28,734 nt of DNA from a virus (IMGVR_UViG_3300020593_000112:1-28734); one strand, 5' to 3'. Shown: positions 7,788 to 17,025, counted from the first letter of the stretch. Program-made: numbers and translations. Notes: generated from the sequence alone by a model not told the origin.

Positions 7788-8080
7788 TTACCCACACCAC
7801 CGCCGTCCTGTCGCCGCTGGGCCTGATCTGCGCTCTGCTGTATGCGGTCGCCGCCGTGCGCCTGTGCTGGTATCGGCCAAACGGCGCCCGCCACCGCTGG
7901 GGCGTGTCCGGCCTGGCCGCTATCCTCATCGGCGCGTGGCTGTGCCGCGCCATCGAGCTGCTGACCTGCCCGCAGGCGGCAAGCGTGCCCGAGCTGGCCA
8001 GCGTGGCCGTGATCGCGGCCGGCGTGCTGGCCGTGCGTGGGAACCTGGCCCGCCTGGTGCCGGAGCGCAATCATGGGTAA
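7784..8080 (+). CDS. Second holin-family membrane protein (DUF754-like)
   Basis: Three TM segments, RLCWYRPNGARHR and RGNLARL motifs; ATGA overlap with the upstream gene; GGAGG RBS. Confidence 0.8.
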   Translation: MITHTTAVLSPLGLICALLYAVAAVRLCWYRPNGARHRWGVSGLAAILIGAWLCRAIELLTCPQAASVPELASVAVIAAGVLAVRGNLARLVPERNHG

Positions 8081-8876
8081 GACCCTGCGCAAGGACGCGA
8101 CCGGCCAAGCCGTGGCCGACCTGCAAGCGGCCCTGGCCGCCGCCGGCTACCGGGTGGAACGCACGCACGTTTATGACGATGCCACTGTGGCGGCCGTACG
8201 GGCCGTCCAGAGCGCCGCTCGCCTGGTGGTGGACGGCGTCTATGGCCCCAAGACTGCCGACGCGCTGGCGGGCCTGGAAACGGGCCGGCTGCTGAAGGAG
8301 TCCGACCTGCAGCGCGCGGCCGATGTGCTGGGGGTGCCGCTGGCCGCCGTGAAAGCGGTCAACGAAGTGGAAGCCAGGGGGCCGGGCTTCCTGGCTGACG
8401 GGCGCCCCGTCATCCTGTTTGAGCGCCATATCTTCTACCGCCAGCTGGCCGCCCACGGCCTCGACGCCGACGCGCAGGCCGCCCGGTGGCCGCACATCGT
8501 CAGCACCATGCGCGGCGGTTATGCGGGCGGTGCGGCCGAATACCGGCGCCTGAGCCTGGCGCGACAGGTGTGCGAAGCGGCCGCGCTGGAATCGGCCAGC
8601 TGGGGCGCCTTCCAGATCATGGGCTTTCATTGGGAGCGCCTGGGGTATGCCAGCGTGGCCGAATTCCATGCTTGCATGCAGGAAAGCGAAGCGGCGCAGC
8701 TGGATGCCTTTGTTCGCTTCATTCAGGCCGACCCGGGCTTGCGCCGAGCGCTGGCCGGGCGCAAGTGGGCCGCGTTTGCGCGCGGCTACAACGGGCCGGC
8801 CTACGCGGAAAACCTGTACGACGTGAAGCTGGCCCGCGCCTATGCGCGCCACGCGACCGAAGCGGAGGCCGCATGA
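8073..8876 (+). CDS. Modular endolysin: N-terminal peptidoglycan-binding domain plus DUF3380-type N-acetylmuramidase
   Basis: VADLQAAL..G...T.AAVRAVQ...LVVDGVYGPKT; VNEVEARG, ILFERHIF, SASWGAFQIMGFHW and FARGYNGPAY..N.YD.KL. Confidence 0.93.
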   Translation: MGKTLRKDATGQAVADLQAALAAAGYRVERTHVYDDATVAAVRAVQSAARLVVDGVYGPKTADALAGLETGRLLKESDLQRAADVLGVPLAAVKAVNEVEARGPGFLADGRPVILFERHIFYRQLAAHGLDADAQAARWPHIVSTMRGGYAGGAAEYRRLSLARQVCEAAALESASWGAFQIMGFHWERLGYASVAEFHACMQESEAAQLDAFVRFIQADPGLRRALAGRKWAAFARGYNGPAYAENLYDVKLARAYARHATEAEAA

Positions 8877-9340
8877 TCGCCGCGCTGCTGCGATACGGCC
8901 CAGCCGCAGGCCTGGCCATCCTGTCCCTGGTGGTGTGGCTGCAGATGGGCCACATTGACGCCCAGGAAGACGCCATCAAGCGCGCCGACGACGCCCTGGC
9001 CACGGCGCAAACGGATCTGAAAAACGCCAGGAAAGCCATGCAGGAGACAAGTACGGCCATCGATACCATGCGCGCCGATATGGCCGGCGTACTCGCCCAG
9101 CAGGATGCGCTGCGCATCGGCCTGGGCCAACGTGAAACCGAGATAGGAGCAATGCAACGTGACGTTAAAGAAATTCGTGATTGGGCTGGCACTGTGCTGC
9201 CTGCTGATATTGCAAGGATGCGCACCCGCCCAGCCATCACGGGCGCCGCTGCCTACGGCGACTACTTGTCCCGTCGCGGTGCCCTGCGTGCTGCCGGCGA
9301 CCAGCCCAACCAGAACGGGCGACCTAAACCTGGTCATTGA
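8873..9340 (+). CDS. lysB: Rz/LysB-like inner-membrane spanin
   Basis: N-terminal TM, coiled coil, RDWAGTVLPADIAR motif; GGAGG RBS. Confidence 0.87.
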   Translation: MIAALLRYGPAAGLAILSLVVWLQMGHIDAQEDAIKRADDALATAQTDLKNARKAMQETSTAIDTMRADMAGVLAQQDALRIGLGQRETEIGAMQRDVKEIRDWAGTVLPADIARMRTRPAITGAAAYGDYLSRRGALRAAGDQPNQNGRPKPGH

Positions 9341-9452
9341 GCAGATCGAGACGGCCTGGGCGGTATGCGCCGCCCAGGTTGATGCCCAAGTGAAATGCCA
9401 ACGCGAGGCCAACCATGCGCAAACCCGCCAGCCTGCGGGCATTCCTGACTGA
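9159..9452 (+). CDS. lysC: Rz1/LysC-like outer-membrane lipoprotein spanin
   Basis: Lipobox LQGC, CP.V.PC.LP and AWAVCAAQVD..VKCQ; overlaps Rz in another frame. Confidence 0.88.
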   Translation: MTLKKFVIGLALCCLLILQGCAPAQPSRAPLPTATTCPVAVPCVLPATSPTRTGDLNLVIEQIETAWAVCAAQVDAQVKCQREANHAQTRQPAGIPD

Positions 9453-9918
9453 AGCTGTGCCGTTCTTCGCCCGCGAGCCTGACCGCTTGCATGTCTTCGT
9501 CGACGAGGGCCAGTTGGTGGCCACCGGCGTGCCCGGCCTGTCGCATGAACTGCGGTACGTGCTCAACCTGGTGGTGGTGGACTACCCCGATTCGCCTGAC
9601 GCCCTGATGCTGCCGCTCTTGGCCTGGTCGCGCGTGAACCAGCCCGAGCTGTTCGAGAATCCGGCGCGCCGCGATGACGGCGTGCGGTTTGAAGTGGATG
9701 TCAACAACAATGACACGGTCGATATCTCGGTCAAGATCAACCTCACGGAGCGCGTTATCGCCCGCCCCGACCAGGCCGAGCCGCACCGCCTGCACGTCAC
9801 GCATGCCGATGAGCCTGTGCATCCGTGGCTGCCGCGCCAGGGCGAGCCGCATGCGGTCTACCTGGACGGCAAGCAAATTGCCACACTGCCCTATCCCGTA
9901 GGGCCGGCCGATGTCTGA
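9415..9918 (+). CDS. gpR: Tail completion protein, P2 gpR
   Basis: MRKPASLRAFL, PDRLHVFVDEG, PLLAW..VNQPEL and DISVKINLTERV motifs. Confidence 0.94.
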   Translation: MRKPASLRAFLTEAVPFFAREPDRLHVFVDEGQLVATGVPGLSHELRYVLNLVVVDYPDSPDALMLPLLAWSRVNQPELFENPARRDDGVRFEVDVNNNDTVDISVKINLTERVIARPDQAEPHRLHVTHADEPVHPWLPRQGEPHAVYLDGKQIATLPYPVGPADV

Positions 9919-10372
9919 CGATCTACGCCAGGTCGAGGAATGGGCGGCCGCGTTGCTGGCGAACCTGACCCCGGCCGAGCGCCGCCGCGCCAATCGGCGC
10001 GTGGCCATGGAACTGCGCCGCAGCCAGGCGCAACGCATCGCCATCCAGCGCAACCCGGACGGCTCCCCCTTCGCGCCGCGCAAGCAGCGCAAAGACCTGC
10101 GCGGCAAACGTGGGCGCATCAAGCGCGCCATGTTCATGCGGCTGCGCAACACGCGAAACCTGAAGGCCAAGGGCACGGCGGATGAAATCGCGGTGGGCTT
10201 CTTCGGGCGCGTGGCGCGCATTGCCCGCGTGCACCAGCGGGGCTTGAGCGACCGGCCAGGCCCTGGCGCCCCGGAAGTTCGGTATCCCCAACGCGTGCTG
10301 TTGGGATTCACGCAAGACGACATCGAGCTGGTGCGCGACGCCTTGACGCGGCATCTGTCTGAAGGCCTGTAG
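9911..10372 (+). CDS. gpS: Virion morphogenesis/tail completion protein, P2 gpS
   Basis: LRRSQAQRIAIQRNPDGSPFAPRK, MFMRLR, RIARVHQRGL and YPQRVLLG motifs. Confidence 0.95.
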   Translation: MSDDLRQVEEWAAALLANLTPAERRRANRRVAMELRRSQAQRIAIQRNPDGSPFAPRKQRKDLRGKRGRIKRAMFMRLRNTRNLKAKGTADEIAVGFFGRVARIARVHQRGLSDRPGPGAPEVRYPQRVLLGFTQDDIELVRDALTRHLSEGL

Positions 10373-10433
10373 CTGCCTCTTCTACAGGCAGACTTTCGTG
10401 CGCGCGCGAGGGCGCGCCGGCAAGATGGGCGGC
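10368..10433 (+). promoter_or_regulatory. Late promoter pV: TGT-N13-ACA (10368-10386), CGTGCGCGCGCGAG (10397-10410), -10 CAAGAT (10421-10426)
   Basis: Same spacing as pF and pP; located where P2 has pV. Confidence 0.8.
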
Positions 10434-11075
10434 ATGTCTGATGTCACCGAAGCCCTACGCCTTATCGCCAATATCGTCCGCACTGGGACGGTATTCGCCA
10501 TCGACCTGGCCGCGCAGCCGCCCGCCGTGCGCGTGCAAGATGGCGCATGGGAATCGGGCTGGTTGCAATGGGTAGAGCTACGCGCTGGCACAACCAAGAC
10601 CTGGAACCCCCCCAGCCTGGGCGAGCAGGTCATCGCACTCTGTCCGGGTGGCGACACGGCCGCCGGTTACGCGCTGACGAGCCTAAATTCGGACGCCAAC
10701 CCCGCGCCGTCGACCAGCGGCGACGAACACCTGACCATCTATCCCGATGGCGCCCGGGTGGCCTACAACCATGCCACCGGCGCGCTGACCGCCACGGGCA
10801 TCAAGTCGGGCCTGATCGATGCCAGCACGCAGATTGTGCTGCGTGCGCCCGAGATCGTGCTGGACGGCAAAACCACCGTCACCGACTTGCTGTCGTATCT
10901 GGCGGGCTTGAGCGGCCGAGACGGCAAAGGCAACACGACCGCCATTACCGGGAACATCACCCATAAAGATGGCGATCTGTCGTCCAACGGGGTTGTGCTG
11001 CACAGGCACGATCACGGCGGCGTCATTCGCGGCGGCGACCGCACCGAACCGCCGCGCGCGGCCGAGGGGCAGTAA
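10434..11075 (+). CDS. gpV: Baseplate spike protein, P2 gpV
   Basis: RLIANIVRTGTV, WLQW...RAG..KTWNPPSLGEQV, YPDGARVAYNH and C-terminal LHRHDHGGV (HxH metal motif). Confidence 0.95.
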   Translation: MSDVTEALRLIANIVRTGTVFAIDLAAQPPAVRVQDGAWESGWLQWVELRAGTTKTWNPPSLGEQVIALCPGGDTAAGYALTSLNSDANPAPSTSGDEHLTIYPDGARVAYNHATGALTATGIKSGLIDASTQIVLRAPEIVLDGKTTVTDLLSYLAGLSGRDGKGNTTAITGNITHKDGDLSSNGVVLHRHDHGGVIRGGDRTEPPRAAEGQ

Positions 11076-11434
11076 TGGCCTATCTCGGTATGGACATGCG
11101 CACCGGCCGGCGCATCGCGGGCCGCGCCCACCTGGACCAGTCCATTTACACGGTGCTGGCCACCTCGATAGGCACGCGCCTACGCCGCCGCCCCTTCGGC
11201 TCGCTTGGGCCTGACCTGGTAGACGCCCCGGCGAACCCCGCCACGCTGCTGCAACTATATGCGGCCTGCGCTACCGCGCTGATGTCGTGGGAACCACGGC
11301 TGACCATTCATCGGATTACCAGCAGCCTGGACGCTGCCGCGCCTGGCCGCGTCCAGATCACCATCGAAGGCGAAACCGCGGCCGAAGACGGCACCGCCAC
11401 CCCGTACGCCGCCACGGTGGCGCTTGGAGCCTGA
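11075..11434 (+). CDS. gpW: Baseplate protein, P2 gpW/gp25 family
   Basis: GMDMRTGR, HLDQSI..L.T.IGTR..RRPFGS and WEPRL motifs. Confidence 0.94.
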   Translation: MAYLGMDMRTGRRIAGRAHLDQSIYTVLATSIGTRLRRRPFGSLGPDLVDAPANPATLLQLYAACATALMSWEPRLTIHRITSSLDAAAPGRVQITIEGETAAEDGTATPYAATVALGA

Positions 11435-11437
11435 AAC

Positions 11438-12367
11438 ATGCCCGCGATTTCTTCGCCCATCGATCTGTCGCAGTTGCCTGCACCTTCCGTAGTTGAAGCG
11501 CTCAACTACGAAGAAATCCTGGAACAGCGCAAGGCCCGGGTCATCGCCCTGTTTGCGTCCGAGGACCAGGCGGCAGTTGCGAAGGCGCTGGCGCTCGAAT
11601 CGGAGCCCATCACGGTGGTGCTTCAGGAGAACAGCGAACGCGAGCTGATCATCCGACAGCGGGTCAACGAAGCCGCGCGCGCCGTCCTGCTGGCCTTCGC
11701 CCGGCGCGCAGACTTGGAGCACATCGCCGCAGAGTACGGCGTGTATCGCCTGACGGTGCGGCCTGCGGACCCATCCGCCGTGCCGCCTGTCGCTGCCGTC
11801 ATGGAATCCGACGATGACCTACGCTTCCGGGCGCAATTGGCTTGGGAGGGGCTTTCGACGGCCGGCCCGCGCGGCGCGTACATCTTCCATGCGCGCTCCG
11901 CCCATGGCGAGATTGCCGATGTCAGCGCCATAAGCCCCGACCCGTGCGACATCCTTGTATCGGTGCTATCTCGTGAGGGCGACGGCACGGCTGGCGATCA
12001 GATTCTGGCGGCCGTGCGCCTGGCGCTATCCGATGAGGACGTGCGCCCCATGGGCGACCGCGTGACGGTCCAATCGTCGCGGGTGGTGCCCTACACCGTG
12101 CGGGCGCGGCTTTTCCTCAAAGGCGATGGGCCGGGGCGCGAGGTGGCACTGGCGGCCGCGCGTAAGGCCTGCGAAGCATGGGTATATCGCAGCCAGCGCC
12201 AGGGGAAATCGGTATGGCGCAGCGCCATCATTGCGGCCCTGCACGTCGAAGGTGTGGAACACGTTGAGCTGACCGAGCCGGCAACCAACATCACGCTGGA
12301 CGAGACACAGGCGGGCACCTGCACGGGCGTGGAGCTGACGATTGAGGGCGACGATGCCGCAGCCTGA
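11438..12367 (+). CDS. gpJ: Baseplate assembly protein, P2 gpJ
   Basis: IDLSQLPAPSVVE, LESEP, RQRVNEAARA, ESDDDLR and STAGPRGAY motifs. Confidence 0.96.
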   Translation: MPAISSPIDLSQLPAPSVVEALNYEEILEQRKARVIALFASEDQAAVAKALALESEPITVVLQENSERELIIRQRVNEAARAVLLAFARRADLEHIAAEYGVYRLTVRPADPSAVPPVAAVMESDDDLRFRAQLAWEGLSTAGPRGAYIFHARSAHGEIADVSAISPDPCDILVSVLSREGDGTAGDQILAAVRLALSDEDVRPMGDRVTVQSSRVVPYTVRARLFLKGDGPGREVALAAARKACEAWVYRSQRQGKSVWRSAIIAALHVEGVEHVELTEPATNITLDETQAGTCTGVELTIEGDDAAA

Positions 12368-12980
12368 TAAACGCCCGCTGCTGCCGCCCGGCTCTACGGT
12401 CCTGGAGCGCAATCTGGCAATTGCCGGCGCGGACATTGAGGATGTCCCTGTACCGCTGCGCAGCCTTCGCCGTGCCGCGACATGCCCCGACAACCTGCTG
12501 ACCTGGCTGGCGTGGGAACGCTCAGTTGATCGCTGGGACGAAAGCTGGTCTATCGAAACTCGCCGCAAGGCCATTGCCAATTCGTTTTTCATCCACAAGC
12601 ACAAGGGCACCATCGGGGCGCTGCGACGCGTGGTCGAGCCCTTGGGCTACCTGCTGGAGGTCGTCGAGTGGTGGCAGACCGTCCCGGAAGGCAGACGTGG
12701 CACGTTTCAGATTTCTATCGGTGTGCTGGATTCCGGCATTACCGAGGAAATGTATGCGGAGCTGGAACGCCTCATTGACGACGCCAAGCGACTGAGCCAG
12801 CACATGACGGGCCTGGCAATCAGCCTGGAGACCCGCGCCGAGATGAATCACGCCGTCGCCACTTATGAGGGCGACGAACTCACCGTTTACCCCTATCAGC
12901 CGCAACGCATAGACGTACCTGCGGCGCTATCCATCGGTGTGCGAGAGCACAGCATTGACACCTTGACGGTATATCCATGA
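12354..12980 (+). CDS. gpI: Tail protein I, P2 gpI
   Basis: LLPPGST.LE, CPDNLLTWLAW..SVDRWD, HKHKGTIGALRR and ELERLIDDAK motifs. Confidence 0.95.
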   Translation: MPQPDKRPLLPPGSTVLERNLAIAGADIEDVPVPLRSLRRAATCPDNLLTWLAWERSVDRWDESWSIETRRKAIANSFFIHKHKGTIGALRRVVEPLGYLLEVVEWWQTVPEGRRGTFQISIGVLDSGITEEMYAELERLIDDAKRLSQHMTGLAISLETRAEMNHAVATYEGDELTVYPYQPQRIDVPAALSIGVREHSIDTLTVYP

Positions 12981-14215
12981 GCGCAACCTATTACGGCATT
13001 CTCACGCGGCTGGGCGAGGCCAAGCAGGCCAACGCCCTGGCATTGGGCACCACGCTGAAAATTACGCAGCTTTCTGTGGGCGACGGCGGCGGTGACGGCC
13101 CGGACACCCCGACCCCGACGCCCGACCCGGAACAGAAGAAGCTGATTCGGGAATGGCGCCGCGCCCCGCTCAATCGCCTCTACGTCGATCCGGCCAACGA
13201 AAATTACCTGGTGGCCGAACAGGTATTGCCCGAGAACGAGGGCGGTCACTGGATACGGGAATGGGGGCTGTGGGATGAGGATGGTGACCTGGTCGCCGTC
13301 TCGAACTGCCCGCCGACCTACAAGCCGCTGCTGGCGGAGGGGTCGGGCCGCACGCAGGTAATCCGCATGGTCATCATGGTGGCCAGTACCGCCGCCTTCA
13401 CGCTGAAGATTGACCCGGCCGTGGTGCTGGCCACCCGCCAGTACGTGGATGCGGGGCTGCTGCAAAAGGTGGATAAGGCCGACTTGCAGCAGTCCGAGAA
13501 CGACGCGACGCCGGGCCGGATACTGCGGGTCGGCCAGGCCTTCGGCTTGGGCGCCGACAACCTGCTGGGCACGTCAAACCTGAACAACATCACGACGCCC
13601 GGCTTTTATGGCAATTCGGCCAGCAACGCGGCAACGCCCGAGCGCAACTATCCCGTGACGCGTGCAGGCGTGCTGCTTGTCGGCACGGCGGGTAGTGCCA
13701 TCACCAACCAACTGTACCTGGCCTATGGCACGGGCGAAATCTATACGCGGGCGCGCTATCGGGATTCGTGGTCCGCTTGGGATTATGTGCCCACGCTCTC
13801 GCGCCTGCCGGTCGCCTCGGAAGCCGTAGCAGGCATTGGCCGGCTGGCCACGGCCGTCCAGGCACAGGAACTGACCGATACCAGCGCTTTGCTGACCCCC
13901 AAGCGCCTGGATGACGCCTTCGCCATCGGGCGGATTATTGCCACCGGTGGGATCAACCAACAGATCCCTGGAGGCATGATCATCAAGACCGGATTCTTCT
14001 ATGGCGCCACCGGCACCGTAACGTTTCCGACTCCGTTTCCCACCGCTGCCCTTACTGTCGTCGGTTCCGAGGTGGCCGCGCCGGCCGGTACGGTGGATTT
14101 CGTGATGTTCCAGCTTCGCGGGCTGGATCGCTTCAAGTTCAACCCGGAATTGCGCAACAAGGCGGGGACCGTTCCCGGCGCTGCCACGATTCGATACCTG
14201 GCCGTAGGCTTTTGA
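12977..14215 (+). CDS. gpH: Tail fibre protein, P2 gpH-like (conserved collar N-terminus, short variable C-terminus)
   Basis: WRRAPLN, PENEGGHWIREWGL, NCPPTYKPLLAEGSGRTQ and IDPAVVLATRQYVD; later knob-like (NLNNITTPGFY) and gp53-like (PGGMIIKTG..VTFPTPFP) segments. Confidence 0.93.
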   Translation: MSATYYGILTRLGEAKQANALALGTTLKITQLSVGDGGGDGPDTPTPTPDPEQKKLIREWRRAPLNRLYVDPANENYLVAEQVLPENEGGHWIREWGLWDEDGDLVAVSNCPPTYKPLLAEGSGRTQVIRMVIMVASTAAFTLKIDPAVVLATRQYVDAGLLQKVDKADLQQSENDATPGRILRVGQAFGLGADNLLGTSNLNNITTPGFYGNSASNAATPERNYPVTRAGVLLVGTAGSAITNQLYLAYGTGEIYTRARYRDSWSAWDYVPTLSRLPVASEAVAGIGRLATAVQAQELTDTSALLTPKRLDDAFAIGRIIATGGINQQIPGGMIIKTGFFYGATGTVTFPTPFPTAALTVVGSEVAAPAGTVDFVMFQLRGLDRFKFNPELRNKAGTVPGAATIRYLAVGF

Positions 14216-14227
14216 GGATAGATTGAT

Positions 14228-14737
14228 ATGAACGATATGGACCTGCCCGATGACGCGCACCAGCAGCCCGACACGCCACCATCTGAACTGCCCCCGCGCG
14301 TGTACTTCTTCTGCCCCGGGGAGAACGCTTTTTACCTGTCCGACGAGCTGCCCCTGTATGCCGCAGCGGGCACCATGCCCGCCGATCTGGTCGAGGTCAC
14401 GCCGGAGCTGTTCCAGCAGTATGCGGTAGACCTGCCCCCGGAAGGGAAAGCCCGTGTCGCTGGCTCCGATGGCATGCCGGCCTGGGGCGATCCGCCGGCA
14501 TTGCCGGATGCCGTCATCGCCGCGCGCAACCGCGCGCAGTTGGAAGCGCACCTGGCGGAGGCGGCCGCGCGCATCGCTCCACTGCAGGACGCGGCCGACT
14601 TGGATATGGCAACGCCGGCCGAGCTGGACACGCTGCGCGCTTGGAAGGTGTACCGCGTCGAGCTGGCACGGGTCGAGCAGCAAGAGGGATACCCCTTGCG
14701 GGTGCAATGGCCGGCGCCGCCGGCAGTGCAGCAGTAG
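14228..14737 (+). CDS. Tail fibre assembly chaperone (Tfa/gpG-like)
   Basis: IAPLQDAADLDMAT..E...L.AWKVYRVELARV...WP.PP C-terminal signature; GAGGA RBS. Confidence 0.93.
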   Translation: MNDMDLPDDAHQQPDTPPSELPPRVYFFCPGENAFYLSDELPLYAAAGTMPADLVEVTPELFQQYAVDLPPEGKARVAGSDGMPAWGDPPALPDAVIAARNRAQLEAHLAEAAARIAPLQDAADLDMATPAELDTLRAWKVYRVELARVEQQEGYPLRVQWPAPPAVQQ

Positions 14738-14744
14738 CCTCTTT

Positions 14745-14772
14745 GCCCCGCCCTGTGCGGGGCTTCTTGTTT
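14745..14772 (+). terminator. Intrinsic terminator of the V-G operon
   Basis: GCCCCGC-CCTGT-GCGGGGC followed by TTCTTGTTT, 8 nt after the stop. Confidence 0.8.
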
Positions 14773-14826
14773 GTGCGGCGCCAACAAGCGCATTCCCGTG
14801 CGCGCGCGAGCCTGGCCCTTCAGACT
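14768..14826 (+). promoter_or_regulatory. Late promoter pF: TGT-N13-ACA (14768-14786), CGTGCGCGCGCGAG (14797-14810), -10 CAGACT (14821-14826)
   Basis: Identical 14-mer and identical spacings to pV. Confidence 0.8.
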
Positions 14827-14886
14827 GGCAGCTATTCCCGCACGCTGAACTGCGGGCCTAGCTCATCCACTTCTGAGGGCATTTTC

Positions 14887-16068
14887 ATGGCTGCCGATTC
14901 CTATCACCACGGCGTGCGCGTCATCGAAACCGACGACGGCACCCGCCCCATTCGCACTGTCGAAACCTCCATTGTCGGTTTTGTGGCCACGGGCCTGGAC
15001 GCCGACGCCGCCACGTTTCCTCTGAATCGTCCTGTCCTGCTGACCAACATTCAGGCGGCACTGGGCAAGGCCGGCGACAAAGGCACGCTGGCGCGCACGC
15101 TCGAAGCGATGTCGAAGCAGACCAACCCCGCGACCGTGGTGGTGCGTGTCGAGGAAGGCGCGACCGATGCGGAAACTACGTCCAACGTCATCGGCGGCAC
15201 CGATGCCAACGGCCGCTACACCGGGTTGCAGGCCCTGCTGGCCGCACAGTCCAGCGGCCCGCGCGTGAAGCCCCGCATTCTCGGTGCGCCTGGCCTGGAG
15301 AACGAAGCCGTCACGGCCGAGCTGGCCAGCATCGCAGAGAAGCTGCGCGGCTTCGCCTACGCCAGCGCGGCAGGCTGCAACACGAAAGAGGAAGTCGTCG
15401 CGCTGCGCGAAGGCTTCGGCCAGCGCGAACTTATGCTGATCTGGCCGGATTTCCTGTCGTGGGACACGACCGCCAACGCCGAGGCGCGCATCGTCGCATC
15501 GGCGGCTGCCCTGGGCCTGCGCGCCAAGATTGACAACGAAGTGGGCTGGCACAAGACCCTATCCAATGTCCCGGTCAACGGCGTTACGGGTATCAGCCAT
15601 GATGTGTATTGGGATTTGCAGAATCCCGCCACCGACGCCGGCTATCTCAACGGGAAAGACATCACCACGCTGATCGAAAAGACCGGCTACCGCTTCTGGG
15701 GTTCGCGCACCTGCGCCGGCCCGCAAAGCCTGTTCCCCTTCGAGAACTACACGCGTACGGCCCAGGTGCTGGCCGACACTATCGCAGAGGCCCATATGTG
15801 GGCCGTAGATAAGCCGCTGCATCCCTCGCTGGTGCGAGACATCATCGAAGGCATCAACAGCAAGTTCCGCACGCTGAAGACCCTGGGCTACATCATCGAC
15901 GGCGCGGCCTGGTACGACGAAGAGCCGAACACCAAGGAAGTCCTGAAGTCGGGTCAGTTCTTTGTTGATTACGACTACACGCCCGTGCCGCCGGCCGAGA
16001 ACATTGTTTTCCGCCAGCGCATCACCGACCGTTACCTGGTGGACTTCGCCGCGCGCGTGAACGCCTGA
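14887..16068 (+). CDS. gpFI: Tail sheath protein, P2 gpFI
   Basis: YHHGVRVIE, FPLNRPVL, KPRILGAPG, GWHKTLSN, GYRFWGSRT and FENYTRTAQV motifs. Confidence 0.97.
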   Translation: MAADSYHHGVRVIETDDGTRPIRTVETSIVGFVATGLDADAATFPLNRPVLLTNIQAALGKAGDKGTLARTLEAMSKQTNPATVVVRVEEGATDAETTSNVIGGTDANGRYTGLQALLAAQSSGPRVKPRILGAPGLENEAVTAELASIAEKLRGFAYASAAGCNTKEEVVALREGFGQRELMLIWPDFLSWDTTANAEARIVASAAALGLRAKIDNEVGWHKTLSNVPVNGVTGISHDVYWDLQNPATDAGYLNGKDITTLIEKTGYRFWGSRTCAGPQSLFPFENYTRTAQVLADTIAEAHMWAVDKPLHPSLVRDIIEGINSKFRTLKTLGYIIDGAAWYDEEPNTKEVLKSGQFFVDYDYTPVPPAENIVFRQRITDRYLVDFAARVNA

Positions 16069-16128
16069 CACTGACCGGGCCGCGCGCCCGGTTCCTTACG
16101 CCAATTCCCCCTATCAGGAGCCTGCATC

Positions 16129-16644
16129 ATGCCGATGCCCCGCAAACTCAAGAACATGAATCTGTTTGTCGATGCCGAGTCCTATCTCGGTGTCGCCACC
16201 GAAGTAACCCCGCCCAAGCTGGAGCGCAAGCTAGAAGCCTATCGCGGCGGCGGCATGGGCGGATCGGCCAAGGCCGATTTCGGCTGGGCCGAGGACGCCC
16301 TGAAACTCGAATGGAAGTGCGGCGGCTACGTCAAACAGGTGGTGCAGCAGATGGGCGCGGCGACCGTGGACGGCGTGCAACTGCGCTTTGCCCAAGCCTA
16401 CCAGCGCGACGACACCGGCGAAGTGGAAAGCGTCGAAATCGTGGTGCGCGGCCGGCACGGTGTGCTGGATCGCGGCACCGCCAAGGTGGGCGACGACACC
16501 GAATGGACCGTCACTACCGAGTGCGTTTACTACAAGGAAACGGTCAACGGCGAAGTGGTGGCCGAAATCGACATCTTCAACCTGGTGGACACGATTGGCG
16601 GTGTGGACGGCTCCGAAGCGATCCGCCGCGCCATCGGCATGTAA
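16129..16644 (+). CDS. gpFII: Tail tube protein, P2 gpFII
   Basis: MPRKLKNMNLF, YRGGGM, LRFAQAYQRDDTGEV and YYKETVNG motifs; AGGAG RBS. Confidence 0.96.
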   Translation: MPMPRKLKNMNLFVDAESYLGVATEVTPPKLERKLEAYRGGGMGGSAKADFGWAEDALKLEWKCGGYVKQVVQQMGAATVDGVQLRFAQAYQRDDTGEVESVEIVVRGRHGVLDRGTAKVGDDTEWTVTTECVYYKETVNGEVVAEIDIFNLVDTIGGVDGSEAIRRAIGM

Positions 16645-16671
16645 ACCCCGCAATAACCTGGAATCCTCATC

Positions 16672-17025
16672 ATGACCGATATGACCCAATCCCCCGCGCT
16701 GCAACCCGCCCAGGCCTCGCAAGAAGTGACCGACCCGAATGTCCGGGTCGTGGAGCTGGACGAGCCGATTCAACGCACCAGCGGCCCTATCACGCAGCTG
16801 CGCATCCGCAAGCCCAATTCGGGCGCGCTGCGTGGCGCCAGCCTCATCGGCCTGGCGCAGATCAGCGTCACCGACCTGCAGGTAGTGCTGCCGCGCATCT
16901 GCACGCCGCAGCTGACCACGCAAGAAATCGCCATGCTGGACCCGGCGGACCTCATGACCGTGGGGGCCGCGGTCGCCGCTTTTTTTATGACGAAGGCGGA
17001 CAAGGCCGCCTACCAGATCGCGTAG
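16672..17025 (+). CDS. gpE: Tail assembly chaperone, P2 gpE
   Basis: LDEPIQR, LRIRKPNSGALRG, VLPRI..P.LT and LDPADL motifs. Confidence 0.93.
   Translation: MTDMTQSPALQPAQASQEVTDPNVRVVELDEPIQRTSGPITQLRIRKPNSGALRGASLIGLAQISVTDLQVVLPRICTPQLTTQEIAMLDPADLMTVGAAVAAFFMTKADKAAYQIA

Noticed and set aside
13095-13130. Pro/Thr run (GPDTPTPTPDP) in the tail fibre N-terminus and acidic tail of gpD (21200-21287)
   Set aside because: Short low-complexity linker expansions with no evidence of a separate function
12977-14737. Possible diversity-generating retroelement or invertible tail-fibre cassette
   Set aside because: No reverse transcriptase, invertase, duplicated fibre tip or adenine-variant repeat seen by eye
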